Below the pieces are notes generated by a model. It saw only the letters and a program-made list of their open reading frames with translations. It did no database searches and was not told the origin of the DNA. A stretch of DNA of 64,000 nucleotides from Bacillota bacterium (GTDB taxonomy: Bacteria; Bacillota; Clostridia; Saccharofermentanales; DTU023): positions 1,637 to 65,636 of the forward strand of contig JAFAAL010000030.1 in assembly GCA_023426575.1 (NCBI GenBank). Reading direction: 5' to 3'. Numbering within the stretch: position 1 is the first letter of the stretch; every line of letters starts with the position of its first letter. Positions 37,904 through 45,443 of this stretch are shown here, piece by piece. Made by a program: the position numbers and the translations under genes.

Positions 37904-39019
37904 TTAGTGCTTAAAACACGCTCTACTTCTGAAATACGATAAAGATAGACCTATACAAATCCAAATCAAAGAAGCAATACCGTGAAAAATTAAAGGATTC
38001 ATATGTCCAGTCCCAAAAATTCTTATCCCTAAAATGCTCCTATCAATATCTAATCCATAGGAAAGCACACCCCCAGGCAAGAACATCATAAGCTGTCTCA
38101 ATCCCAGAAGAAACTTGGGCAAACTGCCTATAAGCCTAAAATACTGTGGCAGGAATATTATAGATAAAGCATAGAATAGAGAAATCGAAGCTGAACTAGC
38201 TGCTTGTGAAAAACATTGCGATAACGCTAGCTGGAAGAATATAAAGGAAAGAAAATCAATGAGCGCAACAAGAACAAACATAAGAATATAATCGATAAGG
38301 GAGGCCTTATAAGAGGCAGTTAAGATATTTATATGCGAGGCTGGATTATCTATATTGTTTAGGCCAATATGACCATAAATCCAGAGAGTAGAAATATATA
38401 CAATAATTGGAAGTATAAAAAATACCAACCCAAAAATCAACTGAGTTAAGAGCTTCACAGGAAAGAGTTTCTGTTTAATCCTTTCTGCCCCGGATAGAAT
38501 TTTCCTGCAATGTATAATATCGTATGTATATCCAGAGGCAAAAACAAATGGTGAAACAATGAACATCCACTTGAGAAGAATGAAGAAGTTCTTTGTAATA
38601 TCTGCCAGCTGTGGATCATGAAACTCGGACAACTCACTAATTCTCTGCTCAAATTTGATCTTGCATTTAGGATCTTTTCTAGATGAGATCGTTTTGTTCT
38701 CCTGGCAGACGCTAGACTTCAACTTATTTAATAGCTGCAGGTCATTAAACTGGTCTATATAAGACGTTAAACAGTAGTATTTACTCCTGTTTTCAGGCCT
38801 CAAATGAAATGCCATATCGTGATTACTAATGTATTCATCCGCCTCCAAGCTTTTCTCAACATTAAGACTTTGGCCTATGTTAGGGCATGGAGCACTATAG
38901 CCTGTAAATTTGATTTCTCTAGAAGTTTTGATGGCAAGATAAGTGGAAATGGCAGAAATCAAAATCAAAAACGCTATTGCGAAATAATTAAATGTCTTCT
39001 TAACTTCTATTAGAAACAT
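37904..39019 (-). CDS. ABC-2-like permease paralog 2 (polytopic membrane protein)
   Basis: 371 aa: N-terminal TM helix, a ~130-aa extracytoplasmic segment, then ~5 TM helices. This is the same architecture as 41452..42558 and shares its KILS..R..K segment (HCRKILSGAERIKQKL vs MRMKKILSNTRRGLKKL). Last gene of the operon, 17 nt after the rSAM stop. Confidence 0.55.
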   Translation of the reverse strand: MFLIEVKKTFNYFAIAFLILISAISTYLAIKTSREIKFTGYSAPCPNIGQSLNVEKSLEADEYISNHDMAFHLRPENRSKYYCLTSYIDQFNDLQLLNKLKSSVCQENKTISSRKDPKCKIKFEQRISELSEFHDPQLADITKNFFILLKWMFIVSPFVFASGYTYDIIHCRKILSGAERIKQKLFPVKLLTQLIFGLVFFILPIIVYISTLWIYGHIGLNNIDNPASHINILTASYKASLIDYILMFVLVALIDFLSFIFFQLALSQCFSQAASSASISLFYALSIIFLPQYFRLIGSLPKFLLGLRQLMMFLPGGVLSYGLDIDRSILGIRIFGTGHMNPLIFHGIASLIWICIGLSLSYFRSRACFKH

Positions 39020-39036
39020 TGTATTCTCGTATCCTT

Positions 39037-40590
39037 CTACGCTCTAATTAAGTTGTTGAGTTTCATCAATTCATCTGGGTTATTCTCCAGGATTTCATGA
39101 TATAACATAAGACATTCTTTGACATGCTCCCTTTCAGAAGTGCAAAAATGTCTTTTTTTATCGAGATTAAATCCTTCATCAGTATATGAAGACGTATAAC
39201 AAATCCCGCATAGTAAGTTTGCCCAACATTTTGAGCAGTCTTCTTTTGAAGCATTTGCATAATCCTGCACGTATTTTTCCCTTATCAACTCGATATCGAA
39301 TCCTCTATCCACATGTCCGATAGAGGGAGAATCTCCGATTCTTTCGCAAACCTTAAAATCCCCATTCACAGTTACGTAAAGACGTCTAACACCAGGCACA
39401 CAACAACCATTAAATGGGATCATATTGCTGACGGAACAATCAAGACATAGTCTGCGATGAATGATATCAAGCATCTGAATCACTGCATTATGGTTTATTG
39501 AATTTATTGAACTTGATATACGAAGCATATCCTGTGATTTAAGCCACTCAGTTATCGGATTTAAGAAGACTGCATTTCCTTCACTATCAATAGTCAAATT
39601 CAAGTCACTAAGAATTTCCTCATCCTCATCCACACTCCCTTCGTTTGGCAGTGTCAAATCGATGCTGCTATTAATTGAAAAAGAAATATTCTTATAGAAC
39701 TCAGCAATTTTTTCCAACGAACTCGTCCGATATGGCGGCGCAAACACACCATTAATTGATATACCCTCTAATCCCTTTTCCCTATATGCATCAGTAATAA
39801 GCTCATAGCCTCGCATACAATCGTCAAAAGAGCCTCTTCCATCACAGTATATTCTCCAGCTGTCATGAATATCACGTGGACCATCTATACTGCATAGGAT
39901 ATTACAATTACCGAGACTCGCAAAGTACTGCGCCATTTCCTCATTCATTAAAGTCAGATTGGTAGTAAATGAATACCTTATGTCCTTGTCATAAATTTTA
40001 GCTTTTGCGTTACAATAGTCGATAATATTTCTCATCAAATTAAATTTGATAAGCGGTTCTCCTCCGTAAAAACTAATAGATAACTCTTTCCCAGAATGTG
40101 CGAATGCAAATTCCACTGCTTTAATAGCAGTTACAAGTAACATTTCTTCATTTCCAAAGTTTCTATTTGATTTGAACTCATCGTGATAAATACAATATTT
40201 GCAGCGCAGATTGCAACTCTCTGTAAGCTCCAAAATAAGTTGGGTAACATTATTCTCTAAAATCGATTCCAATTTCTCATAGTGAGATAGTGAATATAAA
40301 TCCTTTAATCCACCACCTAAGAGTAATCCTTCTTCAACTATAATACTGATAAATCCTCTTTCGAAGAGTCGATCTTTCAAAGTGGTCCAATTAGCGTCGA
40401 TCTTCTGTTCGCCACAACAATAAGCAAAAAACGCGCGCTCGTCATCTTCCTCAATGAGCACAACCTTACCGGAGCCACTATCATAGAAGTAGTCATTAGT
40501 TTTAGTGCTAAATAAAATCCCTTTAGACTTTAACTCCTCATCCGATAAACCTTCAAGTGCTATGAGGAAATGCGCTAGGCATGTATCCAT
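39037..40590 (-). CDS. Radical SAM / SPASM-domain peptide maturase candidate
   Basis: CNLRCKYC (CxxxCxxC, residues 126-133; nt 40192..40215), SFYGGEPL, and a C-terminal auxiliary-cluster region GCCVPGVRRLYVTVNGDFKVC ... CSKCWANLLCGIC ... HFC. A ~115-aa N-terminal extension precedes the core. 517 aa. Confidence 0.85.
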   Translation of the reverse strand: MDTCLAHFLIALEGLSDEELKSKGILFSTKTNDYFYDSGSGKVVLIEEDDERAFFAYCCGEQKIDANWTTLKDRLFERGFISIIVEEGLLLGGGLKDLYSLSHYEKLESILENNVTQLILELTESCNLRCKYCIYHDEFKSNRNFGNEEMLLVTAIKAVEFAFAHSGKELSISFYGGEPLIKFNLMRNIIDYCNAKAKIYDKDIRYSFTTNLTLMNEEMAQYFASLGNCNILCSIDGPRDIHDSWRIYCDGRGSFDDCMRGYELITDAYREKGLEGISINGVFAPPYRTSSLEKIAEFYKNISFSINSSIDLTLPNEGSVDEDEEILSDLNLTIDSEGNAVFLNPITEWLKSQDMLRISSSINSINHNAVIQMLDIIHRRLCLDCSVSNMIPFNGCCVPGVRRLYVTVNGDFKVCERIGDSPSIGHVDRGFDIELIREKYVQDYANASKEDCSKCWANLLCGICYTSSYTDEGFNLDKKRHFCTSEREHVKECLMLYHEILENNPDELMKLNNLIRA

Positions 40591-40591
40591 T

Positions 40592-41449
40592 TCAATTCTC
40601 CATTAAGTATACATACAAGTCTTCTAGGCGAGGGTTAACTTGTGTCGCATTTTTTATAGGCCTTGATGATACAAATCTTACTTTTGCATTGTGTGATTGA
40701 TCATTATAAACAGAGATTATCTTACAAGATTTAGCTAGAGTATCTACCTCTCTAGTATCCAAGCTAATCTCCCATACCATCTTAGAAAGACCTCTAAGGA
40801 GCTCATCTTCATAGCCCGAAGCAAGTATCTCCCCAGATCTGAGAAAGATAATCTGTTCAGCAATCTGCTCTATGTCAGGAACAATATGCGTAGAATATAT
40901 GACAATTCTTTGCTTGGAGAGTTGAGATATTAGATTCCTAAGATTAATCCTTTCCATGGGATCCAATCCAGAAGTTGGCTCATCTAATATAAGCACCTTA
41001 GGGTCATTTAACAGAGCCTGTATAAGACATAGACGTCTTTTCATTCCACCAGAAAACTCACCACACTTCTTATCCAAATGAGCCTTAAGATTACAAATCT
41101 CCGCAAGCATATCAATTCTATCATCCATAGATCTGCGTGATAGACCTTTAAGTTCCGCAAAATATCGCAAATAATCGATCGCCTTTAATTGAGGGTATAT
41201 ACAATCTTCTTGTGGAAGATAGCCCAAGTGCCTATAATACCCTGCACCTGCTTTGGCAATATTCTGCGTTCGCCACCTCACTTCACCCGCACTAGGCGCG
41301 CTAGCTGCAGCTAAAATATTGATAAGACTTGTCTTACCTGCACCATTAGGGCCTAATAAACCATATATACCTGAGACAAAATCAAAGCTGAACTCTTTAA
41401 CAGCTGTATTCTTTCTATATTTCTTAGAAACGTTCACTGCACTAAGCAT
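40592..41449 (-). CDS. ABC transporter ATP-binding protein (ABC-2 / immunity-type)
   Basis: ATG 2 nt after the permease stop, with GGGAGG upstream. GLLGPNGAGKTSLINILA, FSGGMKRRLCLIQAL and LILDEPTSGLD. The stop is 1 nt before the rSAM ATG. Confidence 0.85.
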   Translation of the reverse strand: MLSAVNVSKKYRKNTAVKEFSFDFVSGIYGLLGPNGAGKTSLINILAAASAPSAGEVRWRTQNIAKAGAGYYRHLGYLPQEDCIYPQLKAIDYLRYFAELKGLSRRSMDDRIDMLAEICNLKAHLDKKCGEFSGGMKRRLCLIQALLNDPKVLILDEPTSGLDPMERINLRNLISQLSKQRIVIYSTHIVPDIEQIAEQIIFLRSGEILASGYEDELLRGLSKMVWEISLDTREVDTLAKSCKIISVYNDQSHNAKVRFVSSRPIKNATQVNPRLEDLYVYLMEN

Positions 41450-41451
41450 AG

Positions 41452-42558
41452 TTAATGGACCTCCCATGCCCTAACAACTCTCGTAGTCAGGATAAGATTG
41501 CCTACTATTACAAATATTGCTACTAAAACGTGCTTAACGATCCTCAATATGATGTTGGCATGAGTCGAGATATTGGCACCCGTAAGTTCCTCTGGTATGT
41601 GTTTTACAACGGCCATAAGATTAGAGGGGAAGACTAATGGTAAGAAGTCAAATTGTGCTAAGAAAAATGGAATGATGATGATGATGAGAAGTCCCCCAAA
41701 CAAAGATTGCAGTGAAGAGGAAGAAACGGATGATATCATAACAATCGTTGAAGCAAGTACGAACATAGCAAGAGCATAAAAAAAGAGGGTTAATATAAAC
41801 AGCAATCCCATTGAAGGATCAACAATGTAGGGACGCATCATCACCGTTGATATTTTCTCTTTAAATAGGCTCGACTCATGTGACGAAAGCACATTTTTTA
41901 TGAAGTAAACCGCACAAGGAACGAGTGCACACAAAGAGAATATTCCTGATAGGACAAAAAATTTGTCCCATATAAGTTTCTTCAGTCCCCTCCGGGTATT
42001 ACTCAGTATTTTCTTCATGCGCATTGTTCTTTCTACAGTCATGATTGGAAATGACACAAGGACAAGCGCACCCAAAAGAAGATACATGAGAGGAAATTGG
42101 TTATCACCAAAAATGAGAAAAAAAGTCTCCCACCGTGTAGACGAAAAAAACCTCAAATCCTTGTAAAAATTATCCAGCATGCTGATCCTATCATTTGATA
42201 AGGTGTCAGTATTCGTGCTGTTGATCCCTGATAATTGTATTTCATCATAGATCTTATTACGGATCTGAGATGCCTCTACATATCGTTCAGATTTGATATT
42301 TTTTAATTTATGAATGGCTTCTTCTCTATTTTGTGCATCATTGAAAATCGGTGTAAGAGGATTCTCTTGCCTGATTTCACTTTCCTCATAAGCGCCTTCA
42401 ACCGATAAATAGTCGGACTCTTCAAGTAAATTAACATAATCCAAGTTCGCAAGAGCATGGTAGGCGTAAGCGGCTAAACAAAAGCTCAGTATAAAGAGCA
42501 CAACTCTTATTTTTGAATGAAATAAAATCCATAGCTCTTTTTTTCGACCGATATTCAT
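41452..42558 (-). CDS. ABC-2-like permease paralog 1
   Basis: 368 aa: TM1 (VVLFILSFCLAAYAY), an extracytoplasmic ~130 aa, then ~5 TM helices. Starts 8 nt after the precursor stop. Homologous by eye to the disrupted gene at 206..1292. Confidence 0.6.
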   Translation of the reverse strand: MNIGRKKELWILFHSKIRVVLFILSFCLAAYAYHALANLDYVNLLEESDYLSVEGAYEESEIRQENPLTPIFNDAQNREEAIHKLKNIKSERYVEASQIRNKIYDEIQLSGINSTNTDTLSNDRISMLDNFYKDLRFFSSTRWETFFLIFGDNQFPLMYLLLGALVLVSFPIMTVERTMRMKKILSNTRRGLKKLIWDKFFVLSGIFSLCALVPCAVYFIKNVLSSHESSLFKEKISTVMMRPYIVDPSMGLLFILTLFFYALAMFVLASTIVMISSVSSSSLQSLFGGLLIIIIIPFFLAQFDFLPLVFPSNLMAVVKHIPEELTGANISTHANIILRIVKHVLVAIFVIVGNLILTTRVVRAWEVH

Positions 42559-42566
42559 ATGCTAAT

Positions 42567-42773
42567 TTACTTTTTACGCGCTAAACCTAGATTGGCATCC
42601 TTATTATCGAAATTGCCTTCAAAACACGAACAAAAACAAGTTCCAAAAGTAACTGTAGACTTATTTCGCGTGCCTGAATATGCGCTGTTGGTATTACATA
42701 TACATCTGCACGTCCATATGAGACCTTGTGGTTCATTGTTTTCATTTGTAGCAATAGGTTTTAATATCTTCAT
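42567..42773 (-). CDS. Cys-rich 68-aa peptide, candidate RiPP precursor
   Basis: AGGAGG lies 7 nt upstream of the ATG. I re-translated it codon by codon: MKILKPIATNENNEPQGLIWTCRCICNTNSAYSGTRNKSTVTFGTCFCSCFEGNFDNKDANLGLARKK. Six Cys residues at 22/24/26 and 46/48/50. First gene of the operon containing the rSAM/SPASM enzyme. Confidence 0.65.
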   Translation of the reverse strand: MKILKPIATNENNEPQGLIWTCRCICNTNSAYSGTRNKSTVTFGTCFCSCFEGNFDNKDANLGLARKK

Positions 42774-42801
42774 AATTAAGCCTCCTTACTGAGTTGATTT
42801 G

Positions 42802-42830
42802 AATCTACACGATTTTTAAATATGTGTCAA
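42802..42830 (-). promoter_or_regulatory. Sigma-70-type promoter candidate for the precursor operon
   Basis: On the minus strand: TTGACA (42825-42830), a 17-nt spacer, then TAGATT (42802-42807). The predicted TSS is ~15-20 nt upstream of the RBS. Confidence 0.4.
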
Positions 42831-42894
42831 TATCTGTTGGAATTTCCTCATCATTCACTTCCTTACGATCTCCTTAGCATTTCCTATACTTTAA

Positions 42895-42931
42895 AAGTCA
42901 AAAAAGGGGGAACTGCGAACAGTTCCCCCTT
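42895..42931 (-). terminator. Intrinsic terminator of rplL (right edge of the island)
   Basis: 12-bp stem AAGGGGGAACTG/CAGTTCCCCCTT with a TTCG loop, then TTTTGACTTTT. Lies 24 nt after the rplL stop. Confidence 0.8.
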
Positions 42932-42955
42932 TGCTTCCATAAAAATTGAAAGATC

Positions 42956-43333
42956 TTACTTGAGTTCGACTTCGGCGCCGGCCTCTTCCAGAGCTGCCTT
43001 GATCTCTTCGGCCTCTTCCTTGGAGACGTTTTCCTTGACTTCCTTGGGAGCGGCATCGACGACAGCCTTGGCATCCTTGAGGCCGAGGCCCGTGATCTTC
43101 TGGACGGCCTTGATGACAGGGATCTTGGAGCCGCCGGGGCTCTTGAGGATGACGGTGAACTCGCTCTTCTCTTCTTCAGCGGCACCAGCGGCAGGGGCGG
43201 CGCCAGGGGCGACGGCCATCATGGCAGCGGCGGAGACGCCGAATTCTTCTTCGAGAGCCTTGACGAGGTCATTGAGCTCGAGGACGCTGAGGCTCTTCAC
43301 TTCTTCGATGATATTGGTGATTTTTTCAGACAT
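42956..43333 (-). CDS. rplL: 50S ribosomal protein L7/L12
   Basis: [18 protein letters not shown]...[25 protein letters not shown]...[10 protein letters not shown]. Confidence 0.95.
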   Translation of the reverse strand: MSEKITNIIEEVKSLSVLELNDLVKALEEEFGVSAAAMMAVAPGAAPAAGAAEEEKSEFTVILKSPGGSKIPVIKAVQKITGLGLKDAKAVVDAAPKEVKENVSKEEAEEIKAALEEAGAEVELK

Positions 43334-43358
43334 GTTTGTATCCTTTCAATAAATAGAA

Positions 43359-44090
43359 TTACTCAGCATCGGCCTCGCCATTTTCGGCGGCGGGCTCTTC
43401 TGCTGCGGCAGGAGCAGCTTCTTCTGCTTCTGCGGCGGGGGCACTCTCCTCGGCGGGAGCTTCGGCAGCGGCTTCCTCGGCGGGAGCTTCTGCGGTGGCT
43501 TGCTCGGTGGCAGGCTCTTCTGCACTCTCGGCAGGAGCTGCTTCTTCAGCTGACTTTGAGGCGGCAGCTGCGAGATCGGAGACCTTTTCGAGACCCTTTT
43601 CTTCGCAGGCCTTTGCGGCTGCACCGAGGGTCATGGCGAGTGAAGTGATCGGGAACAGCAAGCTGGAGACCAACTGTCCATAGAGCGTTTCCTGGGTCGG
43701 AATGTTGGACAGCTTATTGATGGTGTCGAGTTCAGCGAGCTGACCTTCGACGACGCCACCCTTGATCTTGATCTTCTTGAACTCGTCGACGTACTTCTTG
43801 ACCATGCGAGGGGCCAAGACGACATCCTGAGTGGAGAAGGCCAGAGCCGTGGGGCCGGTCATCTCATCGCCGACTTCGATACCGATTTCCTTCAGGGCAC
43901 GACGGCTGATATTGTTCTTGATGACGCGATACTCGATGCCTTCTTTGCGGAAAGCAGCACGCATCTCAGTGTCCTGAGCAACCGTGAGACCCTGATAGTC
44001 GGCAAAGACGATGGACTGAGCTTCCTTGAGCTCAGCGGCCAGCTTCTTTACGCGATCCTTCTTCTGCGCCAGAATTTTTTGACTGGGCAT
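43359..44090 (-). CDS. rplJ: 50S ribosomal protein L10 with a ~72-aa Ala/Glu/Pro-rich C-terminal extension
   Basis: L10 body (residues 1-~170, IVFADYQGLTVAQDTEMR...) followed by AAAASKSAEEAAPAESAEEPATEQATAEAPAEEAAAEAPAEESAPAAEAEEAAPAAAEEPAAENGEADAE. 243 aa total. Confidence 0.9.
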   Translation of the reverse strand: MPSQKILAQKKDRVKKLAAELKEAQSIVFADYQGLTVAQDTEMRAAFRKEGIEYRVIKNNISRRALKEIGIEVGDEMTGPTALAFSTQDVVLAPRMVKKYVDEFKKIKIKGGVVEGQLAELDTINKLSNIPTQETLYGQLVSSLLFPITSLAMTLGAAAKACEEKGLEKVSDLAAAASKSAEEAAPAESAEEPATEQATAEAPAEEAAAEAPAEESAPAAEAEEAAPAAAEEPAAENGEADAE

Positions 44091-44240
44091 TGAACTTCCT
44101 CCTATTAATATTTAAATACCCCTCACGCACAAGACGGAGGGGTAGTCGAAATCACTAGCTCCGCCTCGGGTGGCGCATCTGCATTAGACCTTGCGGTACC
44201 ACCTGTCTCTGGCGATAGGGTTATTTACTTCTTGAGCCGC
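44091..44240 (-). promoter_or_regulatory. rplJ leader with terminator-type hairpin (L10-leader-like attenuator candidate)
   Basis: 150-nt untranslated gap between rplA and rplJ. On the minus strand, ACCCCTC-12 nt-GAGGGGT (44118..44143) is followed by ATTTAAATATT and then AGGAGG-ATG. Confidence 0.45.
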
Positions 44241-44933
44241 CTACTTATTGGCGGTGTTGACCTTGATGCCGGGGCCCATAGACGCGGCGATCGTGCAGGA
44301 TCTGACATAGCGACCCTTGGCAGCCGCGGGGCGCGCCTTGACGATGGCATCCATGAGAGCGTCAAAGTTCTCTAAGAGCTGCTCCTCAGAAAAAGAGCAC
44401 TTGCCAATGGGGCAGTGGATGATGTTTGACTTGTCGAGACGATACTCGATCTTACCCGCCTTGGCCTCTTCGACCGCCTTGCCGATCTCCATCGTGACCG
44501 TGCCACTCTTGGGGTTCGGCATCAGGCCCTTGGGACCTAAGACGCGGCCGAGACGACCGACGACACCCATCATATCCGGGGTCGCGACGATGACGTCAAA
44601 TTCAAACCAGTTTTCTTTCTGAATCTTCTCTGCGAGCTCATCAGCACCGACGTAGTCAGCACCAGCGGCCTGAGCCTCATCAGCCTTGGCCCCCTTGGCA
44701 AAAGCCAAGACACGCATCGATTTGCCCGTGCCGTGAGGCAGGACAACGGCGCCTCTGACCTGCTGGTCCGCGTGACGGGAGTCGACGCCGAGGCGGCAGT
44801 GGAATTCGACTGTCTCATCAAATTTGGTGCTGCCCGTCTGCTTGACGAGTTTCACCGCATCTGCGGGCTCATAGACCTGTGTGCGATCGACGAGTTCGGC
44901 GATCTTGCGATAACGCTTACCGTGTTTAGCCAT
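44241..44933 (-). CDS. rplA: 50S ribosomal protein L1
   Basis: Start [16 protein letters not shown] with a [42 protein letters not shown]. Confidence 0.95.
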   Translation of the reverse strand: MAKHGKRYRKIAELVDRTQVYEPADAVKLVKQTGSTKFDETVEFHCRLGVDSRHADQQVRGAVVLPHGTGKSMRVLAFAKGAKADEAQAAGADYVGADELAEKIQKENWFEFDVIVATPDMMGVVGRLGRVLGPKGLMPNPKSGTVTMEIGKAVEEAKAGKIEYRLDKSNIIHCPIGKCSFSEEQLLENFDALMDAIVKARPAAAKGRYVRSCTIAASMGPGIKVNTANK

Positions 44934-44944
44934 TCCAGACCTCC

Positions 44945-45376
44945 TTACGCATCCATCTTGACGGTGATGCCCATGGAACGAGCCGTCCCAGCGACCATGC
45001 GGGCACAGGCCTCGAGATCTGCTGCGTTGGACTCTTCCAACTTGATCTCGGCGATCTTCAGGCACTCAGACCAGGGAATCTCCGCGACCTTCTTCTTGTT
45101 CGGCTCACCGGAAGCAGATTCCAGATGACAAGCCTTCTTTAAGAGTACGGGCACCGGGGGTTTCTTCGTGATGAAGGTAAAGGAGCGGTCCTGATAGACC
45201 GTGATGACGACGGGGATGATATACCCCATGTCCTTGGCAGTCCGCTCGTTAAAATCCTTGACGAATTGCGCGATGTTTAGACCGTGCGCGCCAAGGGCTG
45301 GTCCCACCGGTGGCGCCGGCGTTGCTTTCCCCGCGGGGATCTGCAACTTGACAATTGCCATTACTTTTTTAGCCAT
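44945..45376 (-). CDS. rplK: 50S ribosomal protein L11
   Basis: [34 protein letters not shown] lies 8 nt upstream of ATG 45376. Confidence 0.95.
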   Translation of the reverse strand: MAKKVMAIVKLQIPAGKATPAPPVGPALGAHGLNIAQFVKDFNERTAKDMGYIIPVVITVYQDRSFTFITKKPPVPVLLKKACHLESASGEPNKKKVAEIPWSECLKIAEIKLEESNAADLEACARMVAGTARSMGITVKMDA

Positions 45377-45443
45377 TGTGGCCACCTCCCAAATTTATTT
45401 GCAGCTCAGCTTAAGCTCCACTCCTAAGTAAAACACTTCTGGA

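Larger units (their letters stand above)
36111..42894. other. Low-GC genomic island encoding a radical-SAM RiPP-like cluster
   Basis: Sampled 60-nt lines give 28-40% GC inside and 57-62% in both flanks. The island is bounded by terminators at 36069..36110 and 42895..42931. It holds seven functionally linked ORFs and no integrase, transposase or tRNA. Confidence 0.75.

Noticed and set aside
42559-42792. 77-aa plus-strand ORF covering the peptide gene
   Set aside because: It is antisense to the 68-aa Cys-rich ORF. It has no RBS, and it points away from the operon. The minus-strand ORF has AGGAGG at ideal spacing and sits in operon context.
42816-42854. 12-codon mini-ORF (MMRKFQQILTHI) upstream of the peptide gene on the minus strand
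   Set aside because: It overlaps the -35 element of the candidate promoter, so it would mostly lie upstream of the predicted transcription start. It is too short and featureless to support as a leader peptide or second precursor.
36111-42894. Looked for mobility genes or hallmarks in the island (integrase, transposase, tRNA target, terminal inverted repeats)
   Set aside because: None were found by reading the ORF translations and the edges, so the island is not called a mobile element.
42822-43352. 176-aa plus-strand ORF across the island edge and rplL
   Set aside because: It is antisense to the unmistakable L7/L12 gene and has an S/A/L-rich low-complexity translation.
44193-44203. GGTGGTACCGC on the minus strand of the rplJ leader, matching the core of the T-box consensus
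   Set aside because: The downstream gene is a ribosomal protein, not an aminoacyl-tRNA-related gene. No specifier-loop-like upstream architecture is evident. The leader is better explained as an L10-type autoregulatory leader, and the match is probably coincidental or part of that structure.
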